The notes beneath the pieces are model-generated. The model made no database searches. It was not told the origin of the DNA and saw nothing but the letters and a program-made list of their open reading frames with translations. Made by a program: the position numbers and the translations under genes. 64,000 bases of DNA from Candidatus Omnitrophota bacterium (GTDB taxonomy: Bacteria > Omnitrophota > Gorgyraeia > Zapsychrales > Zapsychraceae), in the NCBI GenBank assembly GCA_015233405.1, contig JADFXT010000003.1, positions 118,591-182,590 of the forward strand. Direction: 5' to 3'. This document shows positions 9,957 through 20,181 of the stretch, piece after piece; the first letter of the stretch is position 1, and each line of letters begins with the position of its first letter.

Positions 9957-10133
9957 GTTTATTCCTTTCTCTAATTCGTCTTATTTAAATTTTGTTTAAA
10001 TGATTCTAATATAACTCCTCAAAAGAGCAAATACATTTTACGGTATCATAATGTTTTATCTTTCGCGAGTTCAATACATTCTATTCACATAAAATGCTAT
10101 TTGCCCTCTTACAATTGAAATAAAAAATAATCC

Positions 10134-10454
10134 CTATCCTCTCACCATCACCAACATCATTTTAAACCGTTCGATGGCTTTAAGCGCGTGGGGCTTGTTC
10201 GCCGGCATGATGATCAAATCCCCGGCCTTGAGGCTGGACGGTTTCCCTTCGATCTTGACCTCAGCTTTTCCGTCGAAAACATAGACCATCGCATCAAATG
10301 GCGCGGTGTGCTCGCTTAAACATTGCCCCTTGTCGAAAGCAAAAAAAGATATCGTGCCCTTATCGTTACGGATAATTTCCTTGCTGACGATAGAATCATC
10401 CTGATAATCTACCAATTTGCCCATTTCCTGCGCCTGCCCGATGATATTGACCAT
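10134..10454 (-). CDS. Cupin domain protein
   Basis: Cupin motifs (HTAPFDAMVYVFDGKAEV... PANKPHAL). I prefer the start at MVNIIGQ (ATG 10454), which has a perfect AGGAGG SD. This start removes the overlap with kdpD. Confidence 0.7.
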   Translation of the reverse strand: MVNIIGQAQEMGKLVDYQDDSIVSKEIIRNDKGTISFFAFDKGQCLSEHTAPFDAMVYVFDGKAEVKIEGKPSSLKAGDLIIMPANKPHALKAIERFKMMLVMVRG

Positions 10455-10464
10455 GATTTCCTCC

Positions 10465-12381
10465 TTATTTCTCTCCGAGCGCGAGAGCGCCAAGTCTGCC
10501 GATAGTCTCGAGCAAATTTTGAATATCTTCCGTCAAAACGGAATCTTTTTTCATAAACTTGATTCCCAAGACAATTTGTGTCACATCTTCTTTCTTGACC
10601 GGTAAATAGACCGCTCGTGCCTCGCGTAGCGTCTTGGTCCCAGGACCAGCTGCTTGACCATTCTTATAAACCCAAGAAACAACAGCAAGCTCCTTATCAT
10701 CTAAAACAAACGCTGGGCTTAATTTTTGAAAAACGATTTCCCTTTGTTCCCCAAAAAAGAAAATGCCAGCCTCGCAAGGAATCAAGCTACGAACATGCCG
10801 GATAATAATTTTCGCTACCTCTTCCTTATCCTGGGCGACAAGAAGGTCTTTTGTCAAATCATACAAAGCAGCACTTTGTGCTTCACTATGGCGTAATTCC
10901 TTAAGTTGAAACCTTAAGATCGATGCCAAACTGCTTAAAAAAAATGCAATGGTCGCAAACACTGCGAAAGACAGAAAATACTGGACATCATTAACGGCAA
11001 ACGTGTAATACGGCTTGACGAATAAATAATCAAATACTGCGACGCTTAAAGCCGCAGAAAAAACAGCCGTCCGACGATTAAATCTTATGGAAACAAGAAC
11101 CACCGGCAAGAGCATGAGAAACAACATGTTCGTTTCGCTCAAATAATCCCTGAAAAGTTGTCCAACACCTGCTGCGACAACGACCCAAAGAAAGCCCCAA
11201 CTTAAGCCTTTCCATGGATTAAATAAAATTCTCGACGGGAGGAAGCTTTTTCGAAGTTCATGAGAGAACCAAAAGATATCCATTCCCTTTGTTTCTTTGA
11301 GCATCCGCCACATGAAAGCGAATCCCGTTCTGAAACGATGCGGCTTCCCGAGAATAATTTTAGTGATGTTGTGGTTCTCAGCGTAACGGACCACTTCTTT
11401 AGTAACATCATTTCCATGGACGACAACTACTTCCGCGCCTAAGGCTTTAGAAAGGTCCATGGCTTTCATCAGCCAACCTTTTTCCTGTTCCGTCATATTC
11501 TTATCGCGTTCAGTTTCGACGTGAAGTGCAGTCCATTTAGCGTTCAATTCTGAAGCAAAACGAAATGTTGAACGCACTAAATATTCTGCAGACGGGCTTG
11601 AAAATAAACCGACCAAAAGTTTATCCGTCACAGGCCACGGATCTTTAATGGCCTTGATCCTACGGTATTCGTCGACTTCCTTGTCGACCCGTGAGGTGAT
11701 ACAGCGTAGCGCCAATTCTCTTAACGCGGTCAGATTCCCCTGCGTGAAAAATCTTTCCACAGCGCGCTGGGCCATTTCTCCGATATAAACTTTGCCGTCC
11801 GCCAACCGTTTTAATAATTCTTTGGCAGGAAGGTCGATGATCTTCACCTCATCAGCGCTAAGGAAAATTCCGTCGGGAATGGTTTCCTTGACCTGAATAC
11901 CGGTAATACTAAAAACCAAGTCATTAACGCTTTCCAAGTGCTGGACATTTAAGGTCGAATAGACGTCAATCCCCGCTTTTAAAATCTCTTCCACATCCTG
12001 AAAACGCTTTTCATGACGAGAGCCAGGCGCATTGGTATGGGCCAACTCATCCATAACGACGAGCGAAGGCTTTTTCTGAAGAATTGCATCTAAATTGGCC
12101 TCGTAAAGTTCCAGGCCTTTATACGAAATCTTTTGCGAGGCGATCACCATTAACCCGGCGAGGAGAGCTTCTGTTTCTTTGCGCTTATGTGGTTCCACAT
12201 ACCCGACGATAATATCAACGCCTTCTTTTTTTTGATTCTGTGCCTCCTGAAGCATGGCATACGTCTTGCCTACACCAGGCGCCGCTCCAAAAAATATTGT
12301 CAGCTTGCCCTTTTTGCTTTCCGTTTCATTAGCAACTTTAAGCAAGGACTCCGGGTCTGGCCGTAAGAGTTCATCGTCCAT
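10465..12381 (-). CDS. kdpD: KdpD-like sensor lacking the histidine-kinase transmitter (KdpD-N + USP + 4 TM + GAF-like only)
   Basis: N-terminal KdpD domain with GAAPGVGKTYAML, a USP-like region, a 4-TM block, and a C-terminal ~130-aa GAF-like region. The ORF stops at 638 aa with no HisKA H-box or HATPase motifs. Confidence 0.8.
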   Translation of the reverse strand: MDDELLRPDPESLLKVANETESKKGKLTIFFGAAPGVGKTYAMLQEAQNQKKEGVDIIVGYVEPHKRKETEALLAGLMVIASQKISYKGLELYEANLDAILQKKPSLVVMDELAHTNAPGSRHEKRFQDVEEILKAGIDVYSTLNVQHLESVNDLVFSITGIQVKETIPDGIFLSADEVKIIDLPAKELLKRLADGKVYIGEMAQRAVERFFTQGNLTALRELALRCITSRVDKEVDEYRRIKAIKDPWPVTDKLLVGLFSSPSAEYLVRSTFRFASELNAKWTALHVETERDKNMTEQEKGWLMKAMDLSKALGAEVVVVHGNDVTKEVVRYAENHNITKIILGKPHRFRTGFAFMWRMLKETKGMDIFWFSHELRKSFLPSRILFNPWKGLSWGFLWVVVAAGVGQLFRDYLSETNMLFLMLLPVVLVSIRFNRRTAVFSAALSVAVFDYLFVKPYYTFAVNDVQYFLSFAVFATIAFFLSSLASILRFQLKELRHSEAQSAALYDLTKDLLVAQDKEEVAKIIIRHVRSLIPCEAGIFFFGEQREIVFQKLSPAFVLDDKELAVVSWVYKNGQAAGPGTKTLREARAVYLPVKKEDVTQIVLGIKFMKKDSVLTEDIQNLLETIGRLGALALGEK

Positions 12382-12958
12382 AATTTATTCCTTTTAAAGA
12401 ATCCAGCGCCATATTAAGCTTAAGCACATTAATACGAGGAGAACCTAAAAATCCAAATTGCTGGCCTTGAGCACAAGAGCTAATCAATTCCAAAACCTCC
12501 TTGACTGCAAATTTTCTTGCGAGGGCAACTCGCGGTGCTTGAAGCTGTGCTGATTCTAAACTAATATCAGGGTCCAACCCGCTTGCCGACATAAGAACCA
12601 AATCTCCGGGGATTTCTTTGTCCGCCAAGGACGGATTGTTCCGTTGGAGTACTGCGATCCGCTCTATCACCGCACTTTTAAATTTAGCGCTCGTGGGCCC
12701 AAAATTGCTAGCACCGGAAGCGGATGCGTCGTAATCCACCACCGATGGGCGCCCTTGGAAATAAAAATCCTTGGTAAATTTTTGACCGATCAAAACAGAT
12801 CCCTTGGATTTCCCGTCAACGATTAAGATACTCCCATTAGCTTCAAAAGGAAAGAGTATTTGCCCGACCAGCGTCATGAAGAACGGATAGATGATTCCGG
12901 TCAAGATAGAAAACACAAATAATATTTTTAACGACTTCCATAAACTTTTAAGCATCAT
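12371..12958 (-). CDS. kdpC: K+-transporting ATPase subunit C
   Basis: N-terminal TM plus the SGASNFGPTS motif, positioned after kdpB. I prefer the ATG at 12958 (GAGGAG SD) over the TTG at 12970. Confidence 0.85.
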   Translation of the reverse strand: MMLKSLWKSLKILFVFSILTGIIYPFFMTLVGQILFPFEANGSILIVDGKSKGSVLIGQKFTKDFYFQGRPSVVDYDASASGASNFGPTSAKFKSAVIERIAVLQRNNPSLADKEIPGDLVLMSASGLDPDISLESAQLQAPRVALARKFAVKEVLELISSCAQGQQFGFLGSPRINVLKLNMALDSLKGINYGR

Positions 12959-12966
12959 AAAACTCC

Positions 12967-15003
12967 TCAAACTAAATGTAGGAAATTAAGAACAAGATCA
13001 ATGATCTTGATCCCGATAAATGGCAAAATGATCCCGCCAACGCCATAAATAAGCAAATTCCGATATAAAAGTGCCGTCGGAGAAACCGGTTTATAGCGCA
13101 CCCCGCGTAGCGCCAGTGGAATCAACGCCGGAATAATGAGCGCGTTAAAAATGACTGCGGCCAAAACCGCGCTTTTAGCATTGGACAGCCGCATAATATT
13201 GAGAATCTGCAGCGCCGGATATTTCGCGATAAAGATCGCTGGAATAATGGCAAAATATTTCGCCACGTCATTGGCGATACTAAACGTGGTCAAGGCCCCG
13301 CGCGTGATCAAAATCTGTTTTCCGATCTCGACGATATCCAGAAGCTTTGTCGGATTGGAATCCAGGTCCACCATGTTCGCCGCTTCGCGCGCGACCTGCG
13401 TTCCGGCGTTCATGGCGACCGCCACATCCGCCTGCGCCAAGGCCGGCGCATCATTGGTCCCGTCGCCAATCATCGCGACCAAATAACCTTGCGCCTGATA
13501 TTTACGGATTAAATCAAGTTTCTTGTCCGGCTTGGCCTGGGCAAAAAAATCATCCAACCCTGCCTCGGCCGCTATGGAAGCTGCGGTCAACTGATTGTCG
13601 CCGGTAATCATGACCGACTGAATTCCCATCTTTCTTAGCTGCGAGATCCGTTCATAAATTCCTTTTTTAATAATATCCTTCAGTTGAATGACACCCAAGA
13701 CCTTACCATTCTCGGCGACGACCAAAGGAGTCCCGCCTTCAAAAGAAATATCCTCAATAATCTTATAAACCTCGGGCGAAACCGCACCTCCGTTATTTTT
13801 GACAAACTGGCCAATACCGTCTTCCGCGCCTTTACGAATGCGCCGGCTGCCGATATCAACTCCACTCATTCGGCTCTGGGCGCTAAACGGAATGAAAACT
13901 GATCCTTCCGGCGGTAAAATATCTTTTCCTTCAATCTTTAAACGTTCTTTGGCTAAAACAATGACACTCCGTCCTTCGGGAGTTTCGTCCGCGAGCGATG
14001 AATATATCGCCGCCTCTATCAACTCTTTTTCCGAAATCCCGTCGGCGGCAATAAACTGCGTCGCCATGCGGTTACCTAACGTGAGTGTCCCTGTTTTATC
14101 CAACAAGACCACATCCACATCGCCAGAAGCCTCGACGGCCCGGCCGCTTAACGCAATCACGTTCATCTGGAGTAACCTATCCATGCCTGCAATGCCAATG
14201 GCTGGCAAAAGCCCGCCGATGGTCGTCGGGATCAAACACACCAAAAGCGAGACCAGAACAACAACGGAAACATCCACCTGAATATAATTGGCGAAAAAGA
14301 CAAACGTCACGACGACAGCCAAGAAGATAACAGTAAGCCCTATGATTAAAATTTCCAACGCGACTTCATTGGGAGTTTTCTTTCTAACGGCACCCTCGAC
14401 CATCGCGATCATCTGGTCGATAAATGTCTTACCGGGCTCCGCCGTAATCCGTACTTTGAGTTTACCGGATAAAACTTTTGTCCCGGCTGTGACGCCCGAA
14501 CGGTCTCCGCCCGCCTCACGAATGACCGGCGCGGATTCACCTGTGACTGCGGACTCGTTAATGAGCGCTGTCCCTTCTATAATCTCGCCATCACCGGGAA
14601 TAGTATCGTTGTCCTCAAGAATAATGCAATCGCCCTTCTTAAGCTCAAGTCCCGTGATAACCTCAACTTTACCATCCGTTGTCAATCGTTTAGCTAAAGC
14701 TGTTTCCCGAGAACGTTTCAAACTCTCCGCCTGGGCTTTTCCGCGGCCCTCGGCAATCGCCTCAGAAAAATTCGCAAAAAGGACCGTAAACCACAACCAG
14801 ACTGATATTTGAATATCAAATCCCGCGGCTTGGCCGTGAAAACAGTCTAAGATCGCAATCCCCGTCGTTAAAATAGCACCCAATCCCACGAGGAACATGA
14901 CCGGATTTTTATAAAGCGAACGCGGATCCAATTTTTTAAACGAAACAACGATGGAATCCAGGACAATTTTTTTCTGCCATAATGATTTTTGTGTCTTCGA
15001 CAT
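12967..15003 (-). CDS. kdpB: K+-transporting P-type ATPase subunit B
   Basis: DKTGTLT phosphorylation motif, [21 protein letters not shown], 678 aa. Confidence 0.95.
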   Translation of the reverse strand: MSKTQKSLWQKKIVLDSIVVSFKKLDPRSLYKNPVMFLVGLGAILTTGIAILDCFHGQAAGFDIQISVWLWFTVLFANFSEAIAEGRGKAQAESLKRSRETALAKRLTTDGKVEVITGLELKKGDCIILEDNDTIPGDGEIIEGTALINESAVTGESAPVIREAGGDRSGVTAGTKVLSGKLKVRITAEPGKTFIDQMIAMVEGAVRKKTPNEVALEILIIGLTVIFLAVVVTFVFFANYIQVDVSVVVLVSLLVCLIPTTIGGLLPAIGIAGMDRLLQMNVIALSGRAVEASGDVDVVLLDKTGTLTLGNRMATQFIAADGISEKELIEAAIYSSLADETPEGRSVIVLAKERLKIEGKDILPPEGSVFIPFSAQSRMSGVDIGSRRIRKGAEDGIGQFVKNNGGAVSPEVYKIIEDISFEGGTPLVVAENGKVLGVIQLKDIIKKGIYERISQLRKMGIQSVMITGDNQLTAASIAAEAGLDDFFAQAKPDKKLDLIRKYQAQGYLVAMIGDGTNDAPALAQADVAVAMNAGTQVAREAANMVDLDSNPTKLLDIVEIGKQILITRGALTTFSIANDVAKYFAIIPAIFIAKYPALQILNIMRLSNAKSAVLAAVIFNALIIPALIPLALRGVRYKPVSPTALLYRNLLIYGVGGIILPFIGIKIIDLVLNFLHLV

Positions 15004-15014
15004 AATTGTTTCTC

Positions 15015-16718
15015 CTAAAAGACCTTTCCGGCCATCATTTGAAGATGTTCAAGCACAGGCCCAATCGTAAACGGCGGGAAAAAAGTCAGTGCCCCAATAA
15101 CAATGACCGTCGCACAAAGAATACAAATAAAAATCAGACTAGCCGTCGGAAGTGTAGCCCTGTTCTGAGGCGAAATCTTTTTGTGTGCCAGACTTCCTGC
15201 AATGACCAATGCCGGAATGATGGTCGCGAACCGCCCAACTAACATCGCCAAAGAAATGGTCAGATTATAAAACGGCGTGTTGGCATTTAATCCCGCAAAT
15301 GCCGATCCATTATTCCCAACCCCCGAGGCGTAGGCATAGAAAATTTCTGTAAAACCGTGCGGCCCGAAATTATTTAAACCCGTTAATCCGATGGGTAACG
15401 AAATAGCGCACGCCGCCAAGATTTTTAAGGTCACGCTCGGTAACACAATGGCCAAAACTGTCATGATCATCTCGGAAGATCCAAGTTTTTTCCCATAAAG
15501 CTCCGGCGTGCGGCCAATCATTAGCCCGATAATAAAAAGAGCCAGGACCGCATAGAACATCATGCCAATCAAACCGACACCGACGCCGCCGAAAATAACT
15601 TCACCTATTGTAATATTAAATAACGCGACCAAACCCGTCACGGGAAGCAAACTGTCGTGCATGGCATTGACGCTTCCGTTGGAAGTGGCAGAAGTGGCGA
15701 CTTCCCAATACACCGACGGAACGACACCGAATCGGGTTTCTTTGCCTTCCATATTCATACCCTGATGAACGCCAACACTTTGAAGAATGGGGCTTCCCTT
15801 CAACTCAAAAAATAACGCAATACTTAAACCCGCAACCAAAAGAATCAACATCGCAGTAAAAACCGCCCAGCCTTCTTTGCGTTTATTCAAGAGCTCACCG
15901 AGTAAAATAGGGAACGCAAACGGAATAAGCAGGATCGCCATCAGCTCAAGAAAATTCGTTAACGGAGTCGGGTTCTCAAAAGGATGCGCTGAATTGACGT
16001 TAAAAAATCCTCCTCCGTTGGACCCAAGCTGTTTAATAGCGATCTGCGAGGCAGCTGGCCCGACGGCTAAAACCTGTTTCTGGCCTTCCAGCGTTTGGAC
16101 ATTCACATAGGGATGAAGAGTTTGGACAACTCCTTGCGACATCAGTACGACCGCAAAAATAATCGATAAGGGTAAAAGTATATAAAGAATACTTCGCGTG
16201 AGATCCGCCCAAAAGTTTCCAATAGTTTCGCTAGATTGGCGGGAAAAACCTCTTAAGAACGCCACACATGCCGCCATCCCGGCCGCGGCAGAGACAAAAT
16301 TCTGGACGGTCAATCCCACCATCTGAGTTAAATAACTCATAGTGGCTTCTCCACTATAGGATTGCCAATTCGTATTAGTTACGAATGAAACAGCTGTATT
16401 GATGGCGAGATGCCAAGGAACCGCGGATAATTGGGCCGGATTTAAAGGAAGCTTATCCTGAAAAACCTGAATCAAAAAAAGGACGATAAAGCCCCACAAA
16501 TTAAGGAGAAGAAAATCTTTTGTGTAAACCTTCCAAGACATCTCCTCGGCAGGATCTATTCCGCATATTTTATAAAGGAAGGATTCGAGCGGTTTTATCA
16601 AGCAGCTTAAGAACGTTTTCTGCCCGCTGTAGACCAATTTAAAGAACTTTCCCAGCGGAATCGCTGCAAGCGTCAAAAGGGTCAAAGAAAGAAACAATTC
16701 AAAGAAATTGTTAGCCAT
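15015..16718 (-). CDS. kdpA: K+-transporting ATPase subunit A
   Basis: 567-aa polytopic protein collinear with KdpA, and the first gene of kdpABC. Confidence 0.9.
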   Translation of the reverse strand: MANNFFELFLSLTLLTLAAIPLGKFFKLVYSGQKTFLSCLIKPLESFLYKICGIDPAEEMSWKVYTKDFLLLNLWGFIVLFLIQVFQDKLPLNPAQLSAVPWHLAINTAVSFVTNTNWQSYSGEATMSYLTQMVGLTVQNFVSAAAGMAACVAFLRGFSRQSSETIGNFWADLTRSILYILLPLSIIFAVVLMSQGVVQTLHPYVNVQTLEGQKQVLAVGPAASQIAIKQLGSNGGGFFNVNSAHPFENPTPLTNFLELMAILLIPFAFPILLGELLNKRKEGWAVFTAMLILLVAGLSIALFFELKGSPILQSVGVHQGMNMEGKETRFGVVPSVYWEVATSATSNGSVNAMHDSLLPVTGLVALFNITIGEVIFGGVGVGLIGMMFYAVLALFIIGLMIGRTPELYGKKLGSSEMIMTVLAIVLPSVTLKILAACAISLPIGLTGLNNFGPHGFTEIFYAYASGVGNNGSAFAGLNANTPFYNLTISLAMLVGRFATIIPALVIAGSLAHKKISPQNRATLPTASLIFICILCATVIVIGALTFFPPFTIGPVLEHLQMMAGKVF

Positions 16719-16804
16719 AAAAACCGTCCATTCACCTATCCCCTGCCTTTTAATTTTGCGTGCAGGAACGTTTGATCTCCTTTATAAAAACCATAAAGGC
16801 AGAT

Positions 16805-16836
16805 AAAACAAAAACCAGAGAATGGGATCTCTGGTT
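16805..16836 (-). terminator. Intrinsic terminator (expression platform of the kdp riboswitch)
   Basis: The minus strand reads AACCAGAGA-TCCCAT-TCTCTGGTT followed by TTTGTTTT. It lies directly 3' of the aptamer and 86 nt 5' of the kdpA ATG. Confidence 0.8.
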
Positions 16837-16841
16837 ATATT

Positions 16842-16966
16842 CCCTCATTCGAAGCTGACGGAGTTAGCTGTCGGGTTCGGGCTTGAGCGGCCCTAATCCT
16901 CATCGGATATTCACCCCAAGGTCTTTTTGACCGTGGTCTTGGTTTCCCCGCTTTCGTTTAAGCATC
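16842..16966 (-). promoter_or_regulatory. c-di-AMP riboswitch (ydaO/kimA class) in the kdpA leader
   Basis: The minus strand reads GAUGCUUAAACGAAAGCGGGGAAACCAAGACCACGGUCAAAAAGACCUUGGGGUGAAUAUCCGAUGAGGAUUAGGGCCGCUCAAGCCCGAACCCGACAGCUAACUCCGUCAGCUUCGAAUGAGGG. It contains the conserved blocks GCGGGGA-ACC-A, UGGGGUGAAU, UAGGG and CCCGAACCCGACAGCUAAC-UC-GU-AGC that I remember from ydaO-class aptamers. Confidence 0.8.
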
Positions 16967-17016
16967 TCCTTAAAACTAAAAAATGCCTCAAGCGAAATTA
17001 AGCGTATTTAAAGTTC

Positions 17017-17045
17017 AATAATAATACGAATTTTATTTTTGTCAA
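17017..17045 (-). promoter_or_regulatory. Sigma70-type promoter of the kdp leader
   Basis: The minus strand reads TTGACA-N16-TATTAT (or N17-ATTATT), about 50 nt upstream of the aptamer. Confidence 0.55.
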
Positions 17046-17111
17046 TACCAAAACTGCGAAAATTTATTTTAGAGCTAATTTTCCCGTCAACATTAAAATT
17101 CAAACGGGCTT

Positions 17112-18956
17112 TCATGGATCAACATTTATCGTGATCACAAGGTCACGCTTCTTTTTAAAATCACCCAATACAGACTTGACCAATTTCAAATTATCTTTCG
17201 CTGACTTGGCTTTAAGCATAATCGTAAAGCGGTACTTGTCCCGCAGCTTCGGAACCACGTCGGGATGCGGGTCGGAAATTTCAACCGACTGAGGCGCCTT
17301 GGCCTTAATGGCCTCGCACAATAATTTCACCTGCTCGAGGACAAATTCCTCATTCCTTCCGCGGACGACCAACAAAATAAGATGTTTGGCCGGCGGGAAT
17401 CCCAGCTCTTTTCTAAAAGATAACTCTTTACGATAAAACCCTTCAAAATTCATCTTCTCGATGGCTTTAAGGACATAATCGTTACGCATCATCGTCTGGA
17501 CGAGCAATTTTTCCTTCGCCATTAATCTGAGATTGATGAGCAAAGAAAACACTTTGTTCGCCGAGCGGAAATCAAAACGGTTCAGCTGGGCGTCAAAATC
17601 CACGACGACAATCACATCAAACGCCATATCCTGCTGAACCTTAAGGATCGCTTGTGTGGCGATGATAATATTAGCTTCGACGGGAAACGTTTTTGAGTCG
17701 CGATCATAGAGCCCGACCTTGGCCTGGGGATAATACCGCGCAACATCGCTTTGCAGTTTCTCAATGCCGCCGCCCATGGATTGTAAATATGCCTTCTGGC
17801 ACGACGGACAAACCTTCGGCAATTCCTTAGTTTCTCCGCAATGGCGGCAGACCAGCTTCTGCTGAGCATACATAAAAGTCAAGTTGACATCGCAACGGCT
17901 GCAGCGCATCGTAAACCCGCACGCACAGCGGGTCATGGTCGTAAAACCTTTACGGTTCATCAGCAAGACCACCCGTTTTTTCTGTTCCAGACACTGATAA
18001 AGAACATTCTGAAGCGGAAAAGACAAAAACGTGGATTTGCGGGATTTATAATTGCTCATGTCGATAACCTGAAACCCGCAATATTTCTCCGGCACAAATG
18101 TGACCTTCTCCCATTTATGTGCTGTTGCCTCTTTATAGGTCTCGACCGACGGAGCCGAGCTGATCAAGATCACCTTTGCGCCTTCCAATTGAGAACGAAG
18201 CTCAGCGATCTTTTGCATCCGAAAGAACGGCGACTGTTCTTCTTTATAAACGGTATTTTCCTCTTCAAAGATCGCGATCAATCCCAAATTCGGCGCCGGC
18301 GCGAAGATCGCAGTCAATGTTCCCAAAATAATGGAAGGAGCTCCCTGACGGATCTCGAGCCAAACCTCCAATTCTTTTTTGGGGGTCAACTTTTTATCCA
18401 AAACTAGGATCTTCGACGAGCAATCCTTTTCCAATTTCTGCTTGGCCTGCTCGATCGCCTCCAAAGACGGCATCAAGATAATAATGCTCTGTCCGCGAGC
18501 AAGGATTTCCTTAGCTTTTTCCATCACAAAAACCCATGACTGCCTTAAAGTCTCATCCTGTACAAGACAAAAAGATGAACCGGGCCGCTCAGGAACAGGA
18601 ACAACGACGGGAAGATCAACCGCCTGCCCACGGCGTAATGCATTCGGCAAATAGGAAAAAATCGCCTCTCCTAAAGAGCAGCCATAATACGCACTTAAGG
18701 CCTTGGCGAGGTTAAAAGCATTGTTGTCGACGGATGAGGTTGTCGTATCTAAAATTTCCAAAATAGGATTAAGACGGGGAAACGCACTTTTTTGTTTAAA
18801 TCCCACAACAACTCCGACGGTTTCCCGACGATTGAAAAGGACTTTCACGCGCTGGCCAACGGCAATTTTTTCCTGAAACTCTGTGCCGATGGCATAATCG
18901 AACGGGCCGTCCAAAGGAAGATCGACGACAATTAAAGCAATCTTGGGGGGATTCAT
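17112..18956 (-). CDS. priA: Primosomal protein N' (PriA) homolog with degenerate helicase/ATPase motifs
   Basis: Collinear with PriA: N-terminal DNA-binding domain, Cys-rich Zn region CACG...CSRC...CRHC...CPSC, and C-terminal domain. The Walker A position reads QDETLRQS and the DEEH position reads FEEEN. See findings. Confidence 0.75.
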   Translation of the reverse strand: MNPPKIALIVVDLPLDGPFDYAIGTEFQEKIAVGQRVKVLFNRRETVGVVVGFKQKSAFPRLNPILEILDTTTSSVDNNAFNLAKALSAYYGCSLGEAIFSYLPNALRRGQAVDLPVVVPVPERPGSSFCLVQDETLRQSWVFVMEKAKEILARGQSIIILMPSLEAIEQAKQKLEKDCSSKILVLDKKLTPKKELEVWLEIRQGAPSIILGTLTAIFAPAPNLGLIAIFEEENTVYKEEQSPFFRMQKIAELRSQLEGAKVILISSAPSVETYKEATAHKWEKVTFVPEKYCGFQVIDMSNYKSRKSTFLSFPLQNVLYQCLEQKKRVVLLMNRKGFTTMTRCACGFTMRCSRCDVNLTFMYAQQKLVCRHCGETKELPKVCPSCQKAYLQSMGGGIEKLQSDVARYYPQAKVGLYDRDSKTFPVEANIIIATQAILKVQQDMAFDVIVVVDFDAQLNRFDFRSANKVFSLLINLRLMAKEKLLVQTMMRNDYVLKAIEKMNFEGFYRKELSFRKELGFPPAKHLILLVVRGRNEEFVLEQVKLLCEAIKAKAPQSVEISDPHPDVVPKLRDKYRFTIMLKAKSAKDNLKLVKSVLGDFKKKRDLVITINVDP

Positions 18957-19104
18957 AGGTCAAAAAACCTTATATCAACAAATCGTTCTACAATTATAAA
19001 GCTTGATAATATTTTACACTATCCAAAAAATATCGCTCAAAAATCTCAAATAGAAACATCGTGCGCTGTTGCTAAATGTCACGCATTACTTTTGTGAGGA
19101 AATT

Positions 19105-20181
19105 TTATCCGACCAGTTGAATAATATCTTTAACCGCATGCGGACGGGCAATCTGTTTGAGGGCTGTGAGAAATTTATCATGCGAAGATTGGAGCTCTTT
19201 AACATTTTGAACAATCGCATCTACTGTAAAACCTTTCATTCCAATGCCGTATTGGGCCAAGACGTCAATATTATTCGTTTCCTGCCCGGGAATCGCGCTA
19301 AAAAATATCATCGGCAAGTGGCTGACCAAGCATTCGGAAATGGACAACCCGCCGGGCTTCGTGATCATCACGTCAGAAACAGCCATGAGTTCATGCATAT
19401 TCTCTACATAACCAAACGGCTTGACGAGCGCGGATTGTTTGGCTTGTAACCGAGCGAATAATTCTTTATTATTCCCGCAGACGATGATGATCTGGACCGT
19501 GTTTAAATGTTCCATGATCTCTTCAATGGGCCCGAGGCCAAAAGACCCCGTCGCTAATAACACGGTAAAGACATTGTCCTTAAGACCAAATCTGCGCTTA
19601 AGCCCGGCGACATCCATAGGGCTGCTAAATTTCTCGTCGGTAGGAATACCGGTAACACAAACTTTTTCTTCGGGGACGCCTAAAGATATCATCTTTTTTT
19701 TGGTCAGATCCGTCGCGACTGTATAGATATCAATGCCTTTCGCCAACCATATCCGATGGACATCATAATCGGTCACAACCGTAATGAGCTTGGATTTAAT
19801 GCGGCCTTTGCGTTTTAACGCAGCCCCGATCTCCGTCGACATAAAATGGGTAGAGATGACACAATCATATTGCTCATCAATCAAAAGCTTATGGAATTTG
19901 GAAACATTTAGCGCATTATAAATCCGCCTTGCCAGTTGAACGAATGGCAGTAACCATGGGATATCCAAGAGTCCAAAGAAAAATGCCCAGACCCGAGGAA
20001 GTTTGGTGATCAAGAAGAAATAAGTATTACGGTAAAGGTCTTTAAAAAACGGACTAGAATAATCCAGGATATCAATGCAGCGAACACTATGATTGGTGTG
20101 TTGTTCAATGCCATGGCAGACAGCTTCCGCAGCTTTTTGATGGCCAGCACCTGCAGAGGCATGAACGATGAGAATTTTCAT
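19105..20181 (-). CDS. MGDG synthase / diacylglycerol glycosyltransferase (GT28, UgtP-like)
   Basis: N-terminus MKILIVHASAGAGHQKAAEA, typical of the MGDG-synthase family, plus a C-terminal GT-B domain (ITKPGGLSISE). Confidence 0.8.
   Translation of the reverse strand: MKILIVHASAGAGHQKAAEAVCHGIEQHTNHSVRCIDILDYSSPFFKDLYRNTYFFLITKLPRVWAFFFGLLDIPWLLPFVQLARRIYNALNVSKFHKLLIDEQYDCVISTHFMSTEIGAALKRKGRIKSKLITVVTDYDVHRIWLAKGIDIYTVATDLTKKKMISLGVPEEKVCVTGIPTDEKFSSPMDVAGLKRRFGLKDNVFTVLLATGSFGLGPIEEIMEHLNTVQIIIVCGNNKELFARLQAKQSALVKPFGYVENMHELMAVSDVMITKPGGLSISECLVSHLPMIFFSAIPGQETNNIDVLAQYGIGMKGFTVDAIVQNVKELQSSHDKFLTALKQIARPHAVKDIIQLVG

Noticed and set aside
13136-14812. Several plus-strand ORFs of 80-174 aa inside kdpB (13136-13486, 13799-14281, 14288-14812 and others)
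   Set aside because: They are antisense shadows of a P-type ATPase gene with all signature motifs. Their Ser/Pro/Arg-rich composition is typical of wrong-strand frames.
16719-16804. Search for a kdpF mini-gene between the riboswitch terminator and kdpA
   Set aside because: The only short ORFs there (e.g. MVFIKEIKRSCTQN) are not hydrophobic and do not resemble KdpF.
17841-18407. 188-aa plus-strand ORF inside priA
   Set aside because: It is antisense to the PriA homolog, with Arg/Cys-rich nonsense composition.
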